From a virus (Duplodnaviria; Caudoviricetes), in IMG/VR virus record IMGVR_UViG_3300037067_027684, positions 96,001 through 160,000 of that record: a stretch of 64,000 nucleotides of DNA, one strand, 5' to 3'. The notes beneath the pieces were generated by a model that saw only the letters and a list, made by a program, of their open reading frames with translations, had not been told where the DNA came from and ran no database searches. A program made the translations under genes and the position numbers. Shown here piece by piece: positions 46,220 to 55,123 of this stretch (positions are counted from its first letter, which is position 1; each line of letters begins with the position of its first letter).

Positions 46220-46633
46220 TTAAGGCCCAAACTTGGCTTTCTTAAACGCAGGAAGACTTAAAAAAGTCTTACTCCACTCATCTAAAGCAACACACCCAAA
46301 GTGTTCATTAATTTGACTGAATAATCTTAGGAATAATTCATCCTTGACAGTGCTTACAGCGTTTATGGAATAGACTTGCTTACTTACTGACGAATCAGTA
46401 TAACCATAGAGTATTACGCCAGTTTCCACCTTCCAAAGAAATCTAAATATTGGTCTATCACTTAGGGTCGATATTTGTACTGTCCGCATTAGGGGGATTT
46501 GGCATAATCCTTCTATTACCGAATCTACATGACCAAATGCTATTAGGCTGAATTCTTGGTGCACATTGAGTTTGGCTACTGGGATTGGGTCTGGTTTCCA
46601 GAAGGAGTAAAATTTCACTTCGGAAGCATTCAT
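46220..46633 (-). CDS. Hypothetical protein
   Basis: AAGGAGG RBS. Confidence 0.65.
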   Translation of the reverse strand: MNASEVKFYSFWKPDPIPVAKLNVHQEFSLIAFGHVDSVIEGLCQIPLMRTVQISTLSDRPIFRFLWKVETGVILYGYTDSSVSKQVYSINAVSTVKDELFLRLFSQINEHFGCVALDEWSKTFLSLPAFKKAKFGP

Positions 46634-46716
46634 CTAGGTGGCCTCCTTACCTTATATTTGTATCTTCAACCTTGTCAAAGATACAATGAACAGGTTCTGT
46701 AAATAACTACTTTGGG

Positions 46717-47046
46717 ATGACGGTGAAGATTGAACTCAATGTTGGTGGATTGAACAGGAGTGATAAAGTGGAATCGATTGACTTTCGTCTAACCAAACGT
46801 CTTGGTCAGCTTACGGAGGCCGATGGCGCTGAAGAGACTCCTGGGGATGTTCTGGTTGTGCAGAATCTAGCGAAATATTTGAATGCTTATGGTTCGGAGT
46901 TATTGAAGCATTCTCAGACTGGTAATGTTCGGGAAGCTAGATTGAGGATTATTGAGATTGCTAGCGTTGTGGAGCAGGCTAAGGCTGAGTTGAGTAAATT
47001 GGCTAAGGAAGCTGGTTTACCTGATTTGGAGCTTGGTGGTAAATGA
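46717..47046 (+). CDS. Hypothetical protein (candidate head protein)
   Basis: LGQLTEAD motif; TAAATA upstream. Confidence 0.6.
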   Translation: MTVKIELNVGGLNRSDKVESIDFRLTKRLGQLTEADGAEETPGDVLVVQNLAKYLNAYGSELLKHSQTGNVREARLRIIEIASVVEQAKAELSKLAKEAGLPDLELGGK

Positions 47047-47687
47047 TGCGTTTTGAGAGGGTTCTCGCTGAAGCTTTTGAACGTGCTCTCACTGAGGAGT
47101 ATATCCCTCAGAAAGATGTGGCTACTTGGCGCGATATTGAACGGATGTACGCTGATGCTGGTAAACACCATTGTTTGAGATTGTCTTGTGTGAAGTGTGG
47201 TAATGTTCAGACTTGTAGGTGTCGAGAGCCTAAGGAAGAGAAGGAAGGGATTTGTCCGTATTGTACTGGTGAGTTGTCAGAGTCTATTAATGAGTCCAAA
47301 TGTCCAGCTTGTGGTCAGAATGCTTATGTTGGTTTTAGGGAGGTTGAATGTTCGAATCCTGATTGTAAAAATTTTAAACCTTCGAATACTGGATTATCCA
47401 ATACTTGTTGGTTATGGGATGAGATTACTATTGATGTCACTAGTGTGAAATTTCCAAAGAAATTTTTGGAATTCTGGCGAGCGGGGCGAGACCCAAATAC
47501 TTTCATGATTGAGGTTGATGATTGGTTAGCTTTTAACTCTTTAGACCGTGGTCATGATCGCAATGTTACTGTTAAGGACAGTGTCTATATTCTCCAGGGT
47601 AAGTTCGGTAAGGATTTGCAGTATGTTGTGTGTTGGTCGCCGGTCAGTAGTGATTCTGCTAGGAAGATGGCTGGGACGTTTGCCTAA
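47043..47687 (+). CDS. Zn-finger hypothetical protein (candidate internal head protein)
   Basis: MRFERVLAEAFERALTEE start; several CxxC; INES motif. Confidence 0.65.
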   Translation: MMRFERVLAEAFERALTEEYIPQKDVATWRDIERMYADAGKHHCLRLSCVKCGNVQTCRCREPKEEKEGICPYCTGELSESINESKCPACGQNAYVGFREVECSNPDCKNFKPSNTGLSNTCWLWDEITIDVTSVKFPKKFLEFWRAGRDPNTFMIEVDDWLAFNSLDRGHDRNVTVKDSVYILQGKFGKDLQYVVCWSPVSSDSARKMAGTFA

Positions 47688-48112
47688 TCTTGCTTTAACT
47701 TTTTCAAACCCAATTCTCGTAGTGCGATACAATCTTTCTTTCGCAAATGTCGTCTAGCTTCTTTGGCGACTTCAAGAGTTTTATCTGTTGTGTAGTAATC
47801 GAAATCAAATCCACAGTTACCCATTCCGAGGCATTTGCCATAATCGTTGATTACTGAGAGCATCCATTTGGCGTCTTCGCTGGTCAGCTTTCCATATCTG
47901 TCTAGTGAGTAGTGGAAGTATCTCTTTACGACTGGTAGTTCGCAGTCTCTTAGGATATCATGGACTTGGTCGTCTAGGTAGTTTCTGAGGTATCCGCTGG
48001 ATTTTTGTCGTGAGTAGAAGAATGTTCTTGCTGGGAATCCGGATAGTAGGCTTGCTATGATCCATTTGCGCATGTCATAGCTTTTTCTGAATTTGTCGAA
48101 TATTTTGCTCAT
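47684..48112 (-). CDS. Hypothetical protein
   Basis: 142 aa ORF. Confidence 0.6.
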   Translation of the reverse strand: MSKIFDKFRKSYDMRKWIIASLLSGFPARTFFYSRQKSSGYLRNYLDDQVHDILRDCELPVVKRYFHYSLDRYGKLTSEDAKWMLSVINDYGKCLGMGNCGFDFDYYTTDKTLEVAKEARRHLRKKDCIALRELGLKKLKQD

Positions 48113-48129
48113 TTGTTGTTAAATACTTG

Positions 48130-48330
48130 TTCTCCGGTGAACGTGGTTATTGAGCGGTGGCGGGATGGCTACCGGTACCGGCTCCGCCCGTGGTTTGGTC
48201 TCCTGTAAACGAGGACGCGTCCGGACGGGTGCTCCGGACGGGGTGCCGTCCCGTACGCGCATCGTTTACCACCGTGTAAGCGGACGGGACGGGCGGTATC
48301 CGGACGGGTGGTACGAGCGCTTGGTCGTCC
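48130..48330. other. GC-rich non-coding element, copy B
   Basis: Homologous to 30340-30474; three CCGGACGGG copies; hairpin CCGTCCCGT/ACGGGACGG; divergent junction. Confidence 0.65.
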
Positions 48331-48345
48331 TGTTCACTTGTGCGC

Positions 48346-48725
48346 AAGGCTGGACAACTAATTTTTAATGTTTGGTGTTGTGATAGTAGATTGATATGAT
48401 TAAATGGCAATCTATCAAAAAAGATGGCTTTCCGAAACTTAAGAAGCCGTGTGATCACGGTGGGATGACATCAGAACGCTTACTCTTATGGATTACTGAT
48501 CATATTGGATTTGGATCATATAGAGTTTATGATCATGATGTGTTGATGTCTAGTCGTATTAAGGGGAAGGCTTATGCGTTTTGGAGTATTGAAGATCACG
48601 GTGGTGAATGTGATGTGACACACTGGGCAAGGATTACGCCTCCAAAAGGTGTTCGATAAGAATGAGTTTAGGCGTCTGTAAGGCTGGACAACTAATTTTT
48701 AATGTTTGGTGTTGTGATAGTAGAT
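48346..48725 (+). repeat. 46-bp perfect direct repeats bracketing gene 48396..48659
   Basis: AAGGCTGGACAACTAATTTTTAATGTTTGGTGTTGTGATAGTAGAT at 48346-48391 and 48680-48725. Confidence 0.9.
48396..48659 (+). CDS. DUF551-like small phage protein
   Basis: MIKWQSIK...P...VTHWARITPP. Confidence 0.6.
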   Translation: MIKWQSIKKDGFPKLKKPCDHGGMTSERLLLWITDHIGFGSYRVYDHDVLMSSRIKGKAYAFWSIEDHGGECDVTHWARITPPKGVR

Positions 48726-48729
48726 CTTA

Positions 48730-48864
48730 CTAATGCAGAAGGCATTCGGTGCCAACAGCATCTGGTTGCCGTGGGTGGGTGTGCAGATGTCCCGAGACGA
48801 GTGATGCATGCCACGACGTTTCGCTGATTACCACGGTTGTCGGTTAAACTCCGACCTGCATTAG
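48730..48864 (+). ncRNA. Candidate structured leader RNA (unassigned)
   Basis: CTAATGCAG/CTGCATTAG closing stem; GGCA/TGCC, CATCTG/CAGATG, GTCGG/CCGAC hairpins; possible CCGTGG/CCACGG pseudoknot. Confidence 0.5.
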
Positions 48865-48883
48865 GCTTAAAAGGAGAAAAAGC

Positions 48884-49369
48884 ATGGTGAGCAAGCGCAA
48901 AGCGGTGTTGAACAAAAAGATCATGAAGGTCATCCTGAAGGGTAGGAGCAATGGTTTGAAGTGGCGGGAGATTTGTAAGCAGGTTAAGGATAAGTTTAAT
49001 ATCTATATTAGTACTTCTGCTCTTCAACAGAGGTATCAATACTTCATGAAGATGAATAATAGCTTTACTACCGCTACCGTCCTCCTATCTCCTAAATTAA
49101 AGAAAGCTGCTAAAGCAGCGGTTAAGTCTTGGTCGAAGAAGGTCAAGGATGTTACTGTGACGGTTGAGACCTATGATGGGAAGGTAAATGAGTTCCAGAG
49201 TTATCTTGATTCGTATATTGCCAAGAAGATAGCTGACGCCAAGGCTCAGATGAAGGGTAATCTTCAAGTGGCGATTGACAATTTGATGTCGATGATTGAT
49301 TCGAGTGTCAAGCACTTTACTGATAATATTAAGCAGGATCTTGGCGAAGCTCTAAATAAACTGGAATGA
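48884..49369 (+). CDS. Basic protein with HTH/Myb-like N-terminus
   Basis: GLKWREICKQVKDKFNIYISTSALQQRY; AAGGAG RBS. Confidence 0.6.
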   Translation: MVSKRKAVLNKKIMKVILKGRSNGLKWREICKQVKDKFNIYISTSALQQRYQYFMKMNNSFTTATVLLSPKLKKAAKAAVKSWSKKVKDVTVTVETYDGKVNEFQSYLDSYIAKKIADAKAQMKGNLQVAIDNLMSMIDSSVKHFTDNIKQDLGEALNKLE

Positions 49370-49518
49370 AAATTACCGAGATGTTGATGGTCGGAGAGAA
49401 AGTTCGTCCTGCTAATATTTCAGAGGAAGTTGTGAGACTGTTGCTTGAGAAGGAAAATGAGTATGTTATGGTCAGGGATAGAGATGGTATTCTTCGTATC
49501 TTGAAGGCGAAGAAATGA
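49366..49518 (+). CDS. Small hypothetical protein (50 aa, not in ORF track)
   Basis: ATGA coupling at both ends. Confidence 0.5.
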   Translation: MKITEMLMVGEKVRPANISEEVVRLLLEKENEYVMVRDRDGILRILKAKK

Positions 49519-50084
49519 GTTACACTTCTCAAACTGAGGCTGGTTTAAAGTCTCTTCTTATGGATTTATTAGAACAGAAACCCCTGGGTTTCGTTTGGGG
49601 TTTCATGCCTTATGAATCTGAAAAAGAGATTACGATTGCTAAGGGCATGATTGGTCGAACTCGAATTCAAAATCATCCTCCGCTTGTGGTGCCAGTTGAT
49701 CATACTTTCTCACTCAAGCATTTGCTTTTGGATTATGAGCAACCAATACGACCAACAACATGGTATCACGTTTTTGTGATTTGGGATGATGAGGGGAATT
49801 ATGATTTTCGGGCAACTAGATTCGTTCATTGGAGTGATACTCAACATCCTGGTAATGATCGGTATATGAGGTTTCCTTATTATCGTCATATTGCGTCTTA
49901 TTTGACTGATGCTTTTGGGAAAGTTCGTCGGGCTAATACTGACGAATTGCCATTTGCTTGGACACCTCCTGAGGCTTTGGCATCTCCTCCTAAAGCTTGG
50001 ACACCTTACACTAACGCCAAGCCAGAGGGGTCATTTAATACCCCAGAGATGGGTGATAGAACACTCGAACTGGAGGTCTCATGA
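49515..50084 (+). CDS. Hypothetical protein with C-terminal MGDRTLEL tag
   Basis: Ends PEMGDRTLELEVS after a Pro-rich linker. Confidence 0.7.
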   Translation: MSYTSQTEAGLKSLLMDLLEQKPLGFVWGFMPYESEKEITIAKGMIGRTRIQNHPPLVVPVDHTFSLKHLLLDYEQPIRPTTWYHVFVIWDDEGNYDFRATRFVHWSDTQHPGNDRYMRFPYYRHIASYLTDAFGKVRRANTDELPFAWTPPEALASPPKAWTPYTNAKPEGSFNTPEMGDRTLELEVS

Positions 50085-50428
50085 ATTCAATGTTTGAGTC
50101 GGTTGAACAACGCCATATACCTCGGTTGGTCTATGTTCTTGAACGTGAGATGGCGAATGGCGGAGACAGTATCCGGACGCATCTTGGAGTATTTGAATCT
50201 TTAATTAATGCTAAGAATGCTGCTGAAGCTTTGGTAACTGAGGATGACCGTGCTAGGGCTGTGAAAGATGGATCTGAGTGCTATAATAAGTGGGTCGATG
50301 ATGACTTGAGTTTGTTGAGAGCTTGGCAATTTAGGACTAGTACTTGGGGTTACACTGTTTTTAGCATTGTTGAGATTCCTCTTAACACTTTGTTGAAATC
50401 ATCATTGACTTTAGATGAGATGGAGTAA
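50081..50428 (+). CDS. Hypothetical protein
   Basis: ATGA coupling. Confidence 0.6.
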   Translation: MNSMFESVEQRHIPRLVYVLEREMANGGDSIRTHLGVFESLINAKNAAEALVTEDDRARAVKDGSECYNKWVDDDLSLLRAWQFRTSTWGYTVFSIVEIPLNTLLKSSLTLDEME

Positions 50429-50431
50429 CCA

Positions 50432-50683
50432 ATGATCGATCAGGTTGGTGTCAAGAAGAAGTATCAAGTTAAGCGGCTTGATGGTAAGGATTGTAGGGGA
50501 GGGAAGCACGAGAATTGTGCATATTACGTTCTTGACTTAAATCACGATAGATATGCGGTTGCTGCTCTTGAGGCGTACGCTAACGCTTGCCGCCTTGATT
50601 ATCCAGAGTTGGCTGGTGATATTGATGAGTGGGTTGATTTCATGCGTACTGGTCAGGGTAAACCGGATTGGGTGGTTAGATGA
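50432..50683 (+). CDS. Conserved phage hypothetical protein
   Basis: KYQVKRLDG....GGKH..C.YYVLDL.HD..A.AAL.AYA. Confidence 0.7.
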   Translation: MIDQVGVKKKYQVKRLDGKDCRGGKHENCAYYVLDLNHDRYAVAALEAYANACRLDYPELAGDIDEWVDFMRTGQGKPDWVVR

Positions 50684-51053
50684 GTTGTGTGTGTGTGAAA
50701 GGTGTGGTGGGTACTTTTCTTCAGAAATTCTGCAGAAGGATGTTTATAAATATATTGTTTTCATCAATAAGAAGCCTATATGTTTGAGATGTGCGAATAC
50801 TGCTCATCCTCGTTTAGGGGTAAAGTCTTTAATTAAATGTACTGCTGCCATTTGCGAAGAGCGTGCTTATGGTTGTATCAATACTGTTAAGTTTAAGTGT
50901 TGTTGTGGTATGTTACTTTGTAATAGTTGTGTTGAAGCTCATTTTAAGTGGCATAATTCAATTTTAGAGACTCAGAAGTCTAAAGATCAAATTGAGGATG
51001 TTGAGACAGAGCCTCTTTTCAATATGGCCAAGAAGCTCCAAAATGATTTATAG
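50676..51053 (+). CDS. Cys-rich Zn-finger protein
   Basis: Multiple CxxC; start approximate. Confidence 0.5.
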   Translation, partial: LDELCVCERCGGYFSSEILQKDVYKYIVFINKKPICLRCANTAHPRLGVKSLIKCTAAICEERAYGCINTVKFKCCCGMLLCNSCVEAHFKWHNSILETQKSKDQIEDVETEPLFNMAKKLQNDL

Positions 51054-51345
51054 ATTGAACGAGGAAAAGACAGATGAATTCCTACGGACCTGCCTTATTA
51101 ATAATGGGATTTATGCTTTTTGTAAGGAAAAATTAGGTTCTAGTAGAATTGGGCAGTTATATGATGGTGAATTTACTGATTTCTTTGCATTGCGAGAGTT
51201 GAGTGATGGTGAATGTCAGATGGACAGGGACGAGATTTGGTCACTTAACACGATGTGGGTTGGGTGGATGTTTGATCGAGTTTATGATGTGGTTGAGGAT
51301 GATAATACTGTGACTGAGCTTGGAGATAGAGACCTTGAACTTTAA
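51043..51345 (+). CDS. Hypothetical protein with C-terminal LGDRDLEL tag
   Basis: Ends VTELGDRDLEL*. Confidence 0.7.
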   Translation: MIYRLNEEKTDEFLRTCLINNGIYAFCKEKLGSSRIGQLYDGEFTDFFALRELSDGECQMDRDEIWSLNTMWVGWMFDRVYDVVEDDNTVTELGDRDLEL

Positions 51346-51474
51346 TCTTAGTGGTGATTTGCAGAGGTTCAAGGGTTGCTTGAATGAGATGGCGATTCCT
51401 ATTTTGGTTGGTGTTGGATTGGTTTTTATTCTTTGGATATTTGGGTTTTTTGATTGGTTGGCGGGGGTGTGGTG

Positions 51475-51879
51475 ATGCACCTTATTAAACAAGAAACTAA
51501 TTATGATTGTTGTGCTGCTGTATTGGCTATGTTGCTTGATTGCTCTTTGGCTGATGCTAAGTTGGAGTTTATGGGTATTAATCTTGATATACCACCACAG
51601 AATAAGGTGTTTGTCAATGATATGTTGATGATTTTGGCTCGTAAGGGCTATTGGGTTTCTCCGTTTTGGAAGACTTGTTGTACGGTGGAAGTAGTTCTGC
51701 CTCAGATTAAGGGTCCTGGTTTTGCTATGATCCAGTGGAATGCTAGTGTTAATGACACTCATCTTGTGGCGATTTCTGAGAACAATTTAGTTTTAGATCC
51801 AATGAAGGATGAGCCAAGGCAGCTGAATGTATATGATTTTGTTTTCATTGCTGCTGTTCGAAAAGGGAATGAATTATGA
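51475..51879 (+). CDS. C39-like (papain-fold) cysteine peptidase
   Basis: IKQETNYDCCAAVLAM, THLVAI, VLDP catalytic pattern. Confidence 0.7.
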   Translation: MHLIKQETNYDCCAAVLAMLLDCSLADAKLEFMGINLDIPPQNKVFVNDMLMILARKGYWVSPFWKTCCTVEVVLPQIKGPGFAMIQWNASVNDTHLVAISENNLVLDPMKDEPRQLNVYDFVFIAAVRKGNEL

Positions 51880-52109
51880 GTGATGAATGTGAAATAAGTG
51901 AGAGTGGTTGCGCAACCTTAATGACGTTGTTGGGCGCTATTATTACTTCTATTTGTGTTGGTTATATTTATGGTGCCATTTTTGGATGGCTATTATTTGG
52001 TGGTGTACTGATATTTTATGGTGGCGTATGCTTGCTGTACTATATGGTTAGTGGTTTGATTTCCGCCGTTAAGGAGGATCAGAATGACCCCAAAGATAAA
52101 GAAAATTAG
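51876..52109 (+). CDS. Small two-TM membrane protein
   Basis: Two hydrophobic helices. Confidence 0.6.
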   Translation: MSDECEISESGCATLMTLLGAIITSICVGYIYGAIFGWLLFGGVLIFYGGVCLLYYMVSGLISAVKEDQNDPKDKEN

Positions 52110-52437
52110 CTCGGTAGTTGCTCCTCAAGAGAAGTTGGCAGAGCTTAATGCCTATATTGATGACATAGCTAAGGTTTTGCGTCCTGGGGAATGTGTTGGG
52201 TTAAGTCGCGAGATTATGATAGAAATTGCTACTGCTTATGTTGGGTGTCGAATTCTCCATTTAGGTGCTAAGTTTGGTGATCCTTCTGATAATTTCGAAT
52301 ACGCGATTTATTTGCCTAAATCTAAATTGGGTACTGTTTGTTCTATTTGTGGTGAGCCTCAGTTTGAGACTCCTTCTGGTGCTTCTTGTAAGAATGGTCA
52401 TGGTGGGGCGGAGGGGAGACCAAATGAGGTTTCGTGA
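52084..52437 (+). CDS. Hypothetical protein with C-terminal Zn knuckle
   Basis: CSICGEPQFETPSG..C.NGHGG. Confidence 0.6.
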   Translation: MTPKIKKISSVVAPQEKLAELNAYIDDIAKVLRPGECVGLSREIMIEIATAYVGCRILHLGAKFGDPSDNFEYAIYLPKSKLGTVCSICGEPQFETPSGASCKNGHGGAEGRPNEVS

Positions 52438-52852
52438 ATTAAAAGTTGGGGAGTTCTTTGGTTTTAATGATAACTTCTTTATGAAGATCGATGAGATTCA
52501 TATTGGGTGTGGCATGAAGCAAGCAATTAGGGTTAAAGATGCTGGTTTCGTTGAATTCTGGGGTGATGAACCGGTGGAATTTGCTGAAGTTAATTTCTAC
52601 CATAGAGCTGCAATTTGCGGAGACAAAGGTGTGAATGATAAAACAATCCTAATCAACGGAAAACCACACACGCTGACGGATAAGTCTCTATCTTATGCAG
52701 AGATTGTCGAGCTTGCATTCCCTAGGCCGTTGTATACAGTGATTTTTACTGGTGGTCCTAAGTCTCAACCGATTGGTACTGTGATACCAAAGCAGGCCAT
52801 TGCGGTGAGGGACGGGATGAAAATAGAGGTCGCTTTTACTGGTAATGCATAA
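52424..52852 (+). CDS. Protein with C-terminal ubiquitin-like (multi-ubiquitin) domain
   Basis: TILINGK...LSYAEIVELAFP...YTVIFTGGP...GTVIP...VRDGMKIEV; possible internal GTG start at 52631. Confidence 0.65.
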   Translation: MRFRELKVGEFFGFNDNFFMKIDEIHIGCGMKQAIRVKDAGFVEFWGDEPVEFAEVNFYHRAAICGDKGVNDKTILINGKPHTLTDKSLSYAEIVELAFPRPLYTVIFTGGPKSQPIGTVIPKQAIAVRDGMKIEVAFTGNA

Positions 52853-52864
52853 AAGGAGATTGAA

Positions 52865-53410
52865 ATGAGGATTGTGTTGCTTTCGTTGGTGTTGTTTGCT
52901 TCTTCTCTGTTTGCGGTTGAGAAGTTAGATACTGATGGTCTTAGTGCGGAACAGAAAGCCAAGATTCAGCTTCAAATTGAGCAGATGAAGCGGGATGAGG
53001 ATAAGACAAAGACTATTGACGTTGCAAAGGAATATGTCCAATTAGGTGAGATGATTGGTAAGGCTTTTGGTTCTTGTGCTAAGGAATTGAATGTTCAGGT
53101 TAATGATTTTATTACTACTCCCGCTGGTATGCTTACTATTTCAATTATTTGTTGGAAGACGATTGGCCGAGATATGGTTCATTTTGGATTTGGATTCTTG
53201 GTTCTTGTTGTTGGGAGTTGGTTTTGGTACATTTGCGCTTATCGGCCTCTGAAGGTTGCTTCTATTGAATATGGTCAGGGTTTTTGGATTTTTAGGTCCC
53301 GTAAGGTTACTTTGAAGAAGGATTCTGAAATTAGTGATGGTTGGGCTGCGGCCACAGTAATTTTCATACTCATAATTGTGGGCATGAGCCAAATAATCAT
53401 GTGGAGCTAG
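52865..53410 (+). CDS. Membrane protein with signal peptide
   Basis: Signal peptide plus 2-3 TM segments. Confidence 0.7.
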   Translation: MRIVLLSLVLFASSLFAVEKLDTDGLSAEQKAKIQLQIEQMKRDEDKTKTIDVAKEYVQLGEMIGKAFGSCAKELNVQVNDFITTPAGMLTISIICWKTIGRDMVHFGFGFLVLVVGSWFWYICAYRPLKVASIEYGQGFWIFRSRKVTLKKDSEISDGWAAATVIFILIIVGMSQIIMWS

Positions 53411-53412
53411 AC

Positions 53413-53619
53413 ATGACTAAGATCAGGAAGGAATATATTCGACTTCAATATGAAATTGCTGATGAAGATTCTAGGTATGAAAGGAAGATACAGAGAATTA
53501 ATAAAAAGATTTCTGAACTTAGATCGAAATGTCCACATAAGCGAACCACATTTCATGGTGATCCTGCTGGTGGTTTTGATAGTTTCTCTGAGTGTTGTGA
53601 CTGTGGGAAGCATATCTAA
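53413..53619 (+). CDS. Small coiled-coil/Zn-ribbon protein
   Basis: CPH...HGDPAGG...CCDCG. Confidence 0.6.
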   Translation: MTKIRKEYIRLQYEIADEDSRYERKIQRINKKISELRSKCPHKRTTFHGDPAGGFDSFSECCDCGKHI

Positions 53620-53665
53620 AATATATTCCCTGATCCAAATATAATAGGGATTAGGGATAAAAACA

Positions 53666-55123
53666 ATGAGAATAGTAACATCATTTTGTTTCAACTTGTC
53701 GGGACTTGTGGCGTATGTTGATAATACATCAGAACCATTTCGTGTCTCTTACGACAGTAGTTCATCTGAGAGATTATCTGGCTCTATATTCTCGAATCTG
53801 ATTGGTTCGAATTATCCAGATATTGTTGATTTTCAGAATAGTTTGTTGCCTGCAGTTTGGAGTTTCGCACCAATAAATGTAGGCAAAGAAATTAGGGATG
53901 TTACTATTCATCTTTATGGTACGGTTGCCTATGATGACAATACTGTTGAGATGTTTGATATTGAGAGGAATCGTAGTGAAACTGTTAATCATAACAGTAA
54001 TTATGGCTTATCTGACATTACTGAACAATCGGATACGAATTCATTATTGACTAACATTATTTCCCCAATTAATGATGGAGCAGTGGTTATAGACAATGGT
54101 ATTGGTAGGGATTGGGTTAAGGTCCTAGAAGTTCCGCGTACTCCAGGTGATAATATTCAGGGGTATCTTTATCTTGAAGGTGGTATATATTTCTTCATGA
54201 TCGAGAGGTATGATGTTGACTGGAATACAATTGGATCTTCTGTTTATAGGTCAACAGATGGTGTGAATTGGACGAATGTCCTAACGACAACTGGGTTACA
54301 TGATTTGGTGAAATATTTGGGCAATGGAACTTACTTGGTAAGTGATGCGCAGAATTATGTTGTTTACAGATCATTTGATTATGGAGTGACATGGGCTACT
54401 ATACCTGGTGTTGTTGATGTTCGTTACTTTGCTACTGATTTAAATGGGGTTGGAATTATTAGTGGTGATAATATTTATAGGACTGCTAATTATGGTTTAA
54501 CTTGGACTGAGGTAGTTCATGGTACTGGGTATTACTTCACTGATGTTATATATTCCCCATTAAGACCAAATGAATATTTGACCACAGGCACTGCGGGCAT
54601 GGGGTTGTCAACTGATAAAGGACTCACTTGGTCTAGTCTAAATTCGATTAGCGGACTAGTTCCCCTCTACCAAGGCAGTACTTTGTTTATGATTTCTGGT
54701 GATGGGACTCCTCAGACTTTGATCAAATCGACTGATTTTGGTCGGAATTGGACAACCATTTTCTCAATTCCAGCAGTGGCGATGGGTTCTATTTGGCTGA
54801 CAAGTATCTCGGATGATGTCACTGGTTTTGTTCATTTAAATGCTCTTGATCCAGGTTGGACTAACACAGAAGCTACTTTCTATTTGATAACTAATCAAGG
54901 CGATAAATTGACGGTCATGAATACGTATTCAAATCTCGCGCAGTTGGCGGCGAACGGTTTTATAGTTTACTTTGAACTCGCAGGTCAGCAAAGCATACTT
55001 AGGTCTAGTGATTTTGGCAAAACGTATTCTTCGCATTTAGATGCGTACAATTTGCGTTTGATAGCTGGTAGGGTGTTGTACTCTGATACTACGACATCTG
55101 ATGTGCTTTATTATGCAACTTGA
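53666..55123 (+). CDS. BNR/Asp-box beta-propeller protein (likely virion-associated)
   Basis: Repeated SxDxGxTW boxes (STDGVNW, SFDYGVTW, TANYGLTW, STDKGLTW, STDFGRNW, SSDFGKTY). Confidence 0.8.
   Translation: MRIVTSFCFNLSGLVAYVDNTSEPFRVSYDSSSSERLSGSIFSNLIGSNYPDIVDFQNSLLPAVWSFAPINVGKEIRDVTIHLYGTVAYDDNTVEMFDIERNRSETVNHNSNYGLSDITEQSDTNSLLTNIISPINDGAVVIDNGIGRDWVKVLEVPRTPGDNIQGYLYLEGGIYFFMIERYDVDWNTIGSSVYRSTDGVNWTNVLTTTGLHDLVKYLGNGTYLVSDAQNYVVYRSFDYGVTWATIPGVVDVRYFATDLNGVGIISGDNIYRTANYGLTWTEVVHGTGYYFTDVIYSPLRPNEYLTTGTAGMGLSTDKGLTWSSLNSISGLVPLYQGSTLFMISGDGTPQTLIKSTDFGRNWTTIFSIPAVAMGSIWLTSISDDVTGFVHLNALDPGWTNTEATFYLITNQGDKLTVMNTYSNLAQLAANGFIVYFELAGQQSILRSSDFGKTYSSHLDAYNLRLIAGRVLYSDTTTSDVLYYAT

Noticed and set aside
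25430-47046. PGVLELE (25456) and LPDLELGGK (47046) as further tag copies
   Set aside because: They lack the invariant Arg and the G[DE] preceding it, so they were not counted.
48788-48814. Seventh copy of the bipartite motif (TGTCCC-N15-TGCCAC)
   Set aside because: The first box has two mismatches, the spacer is 15, and it lies inside the predicted RNA structure.
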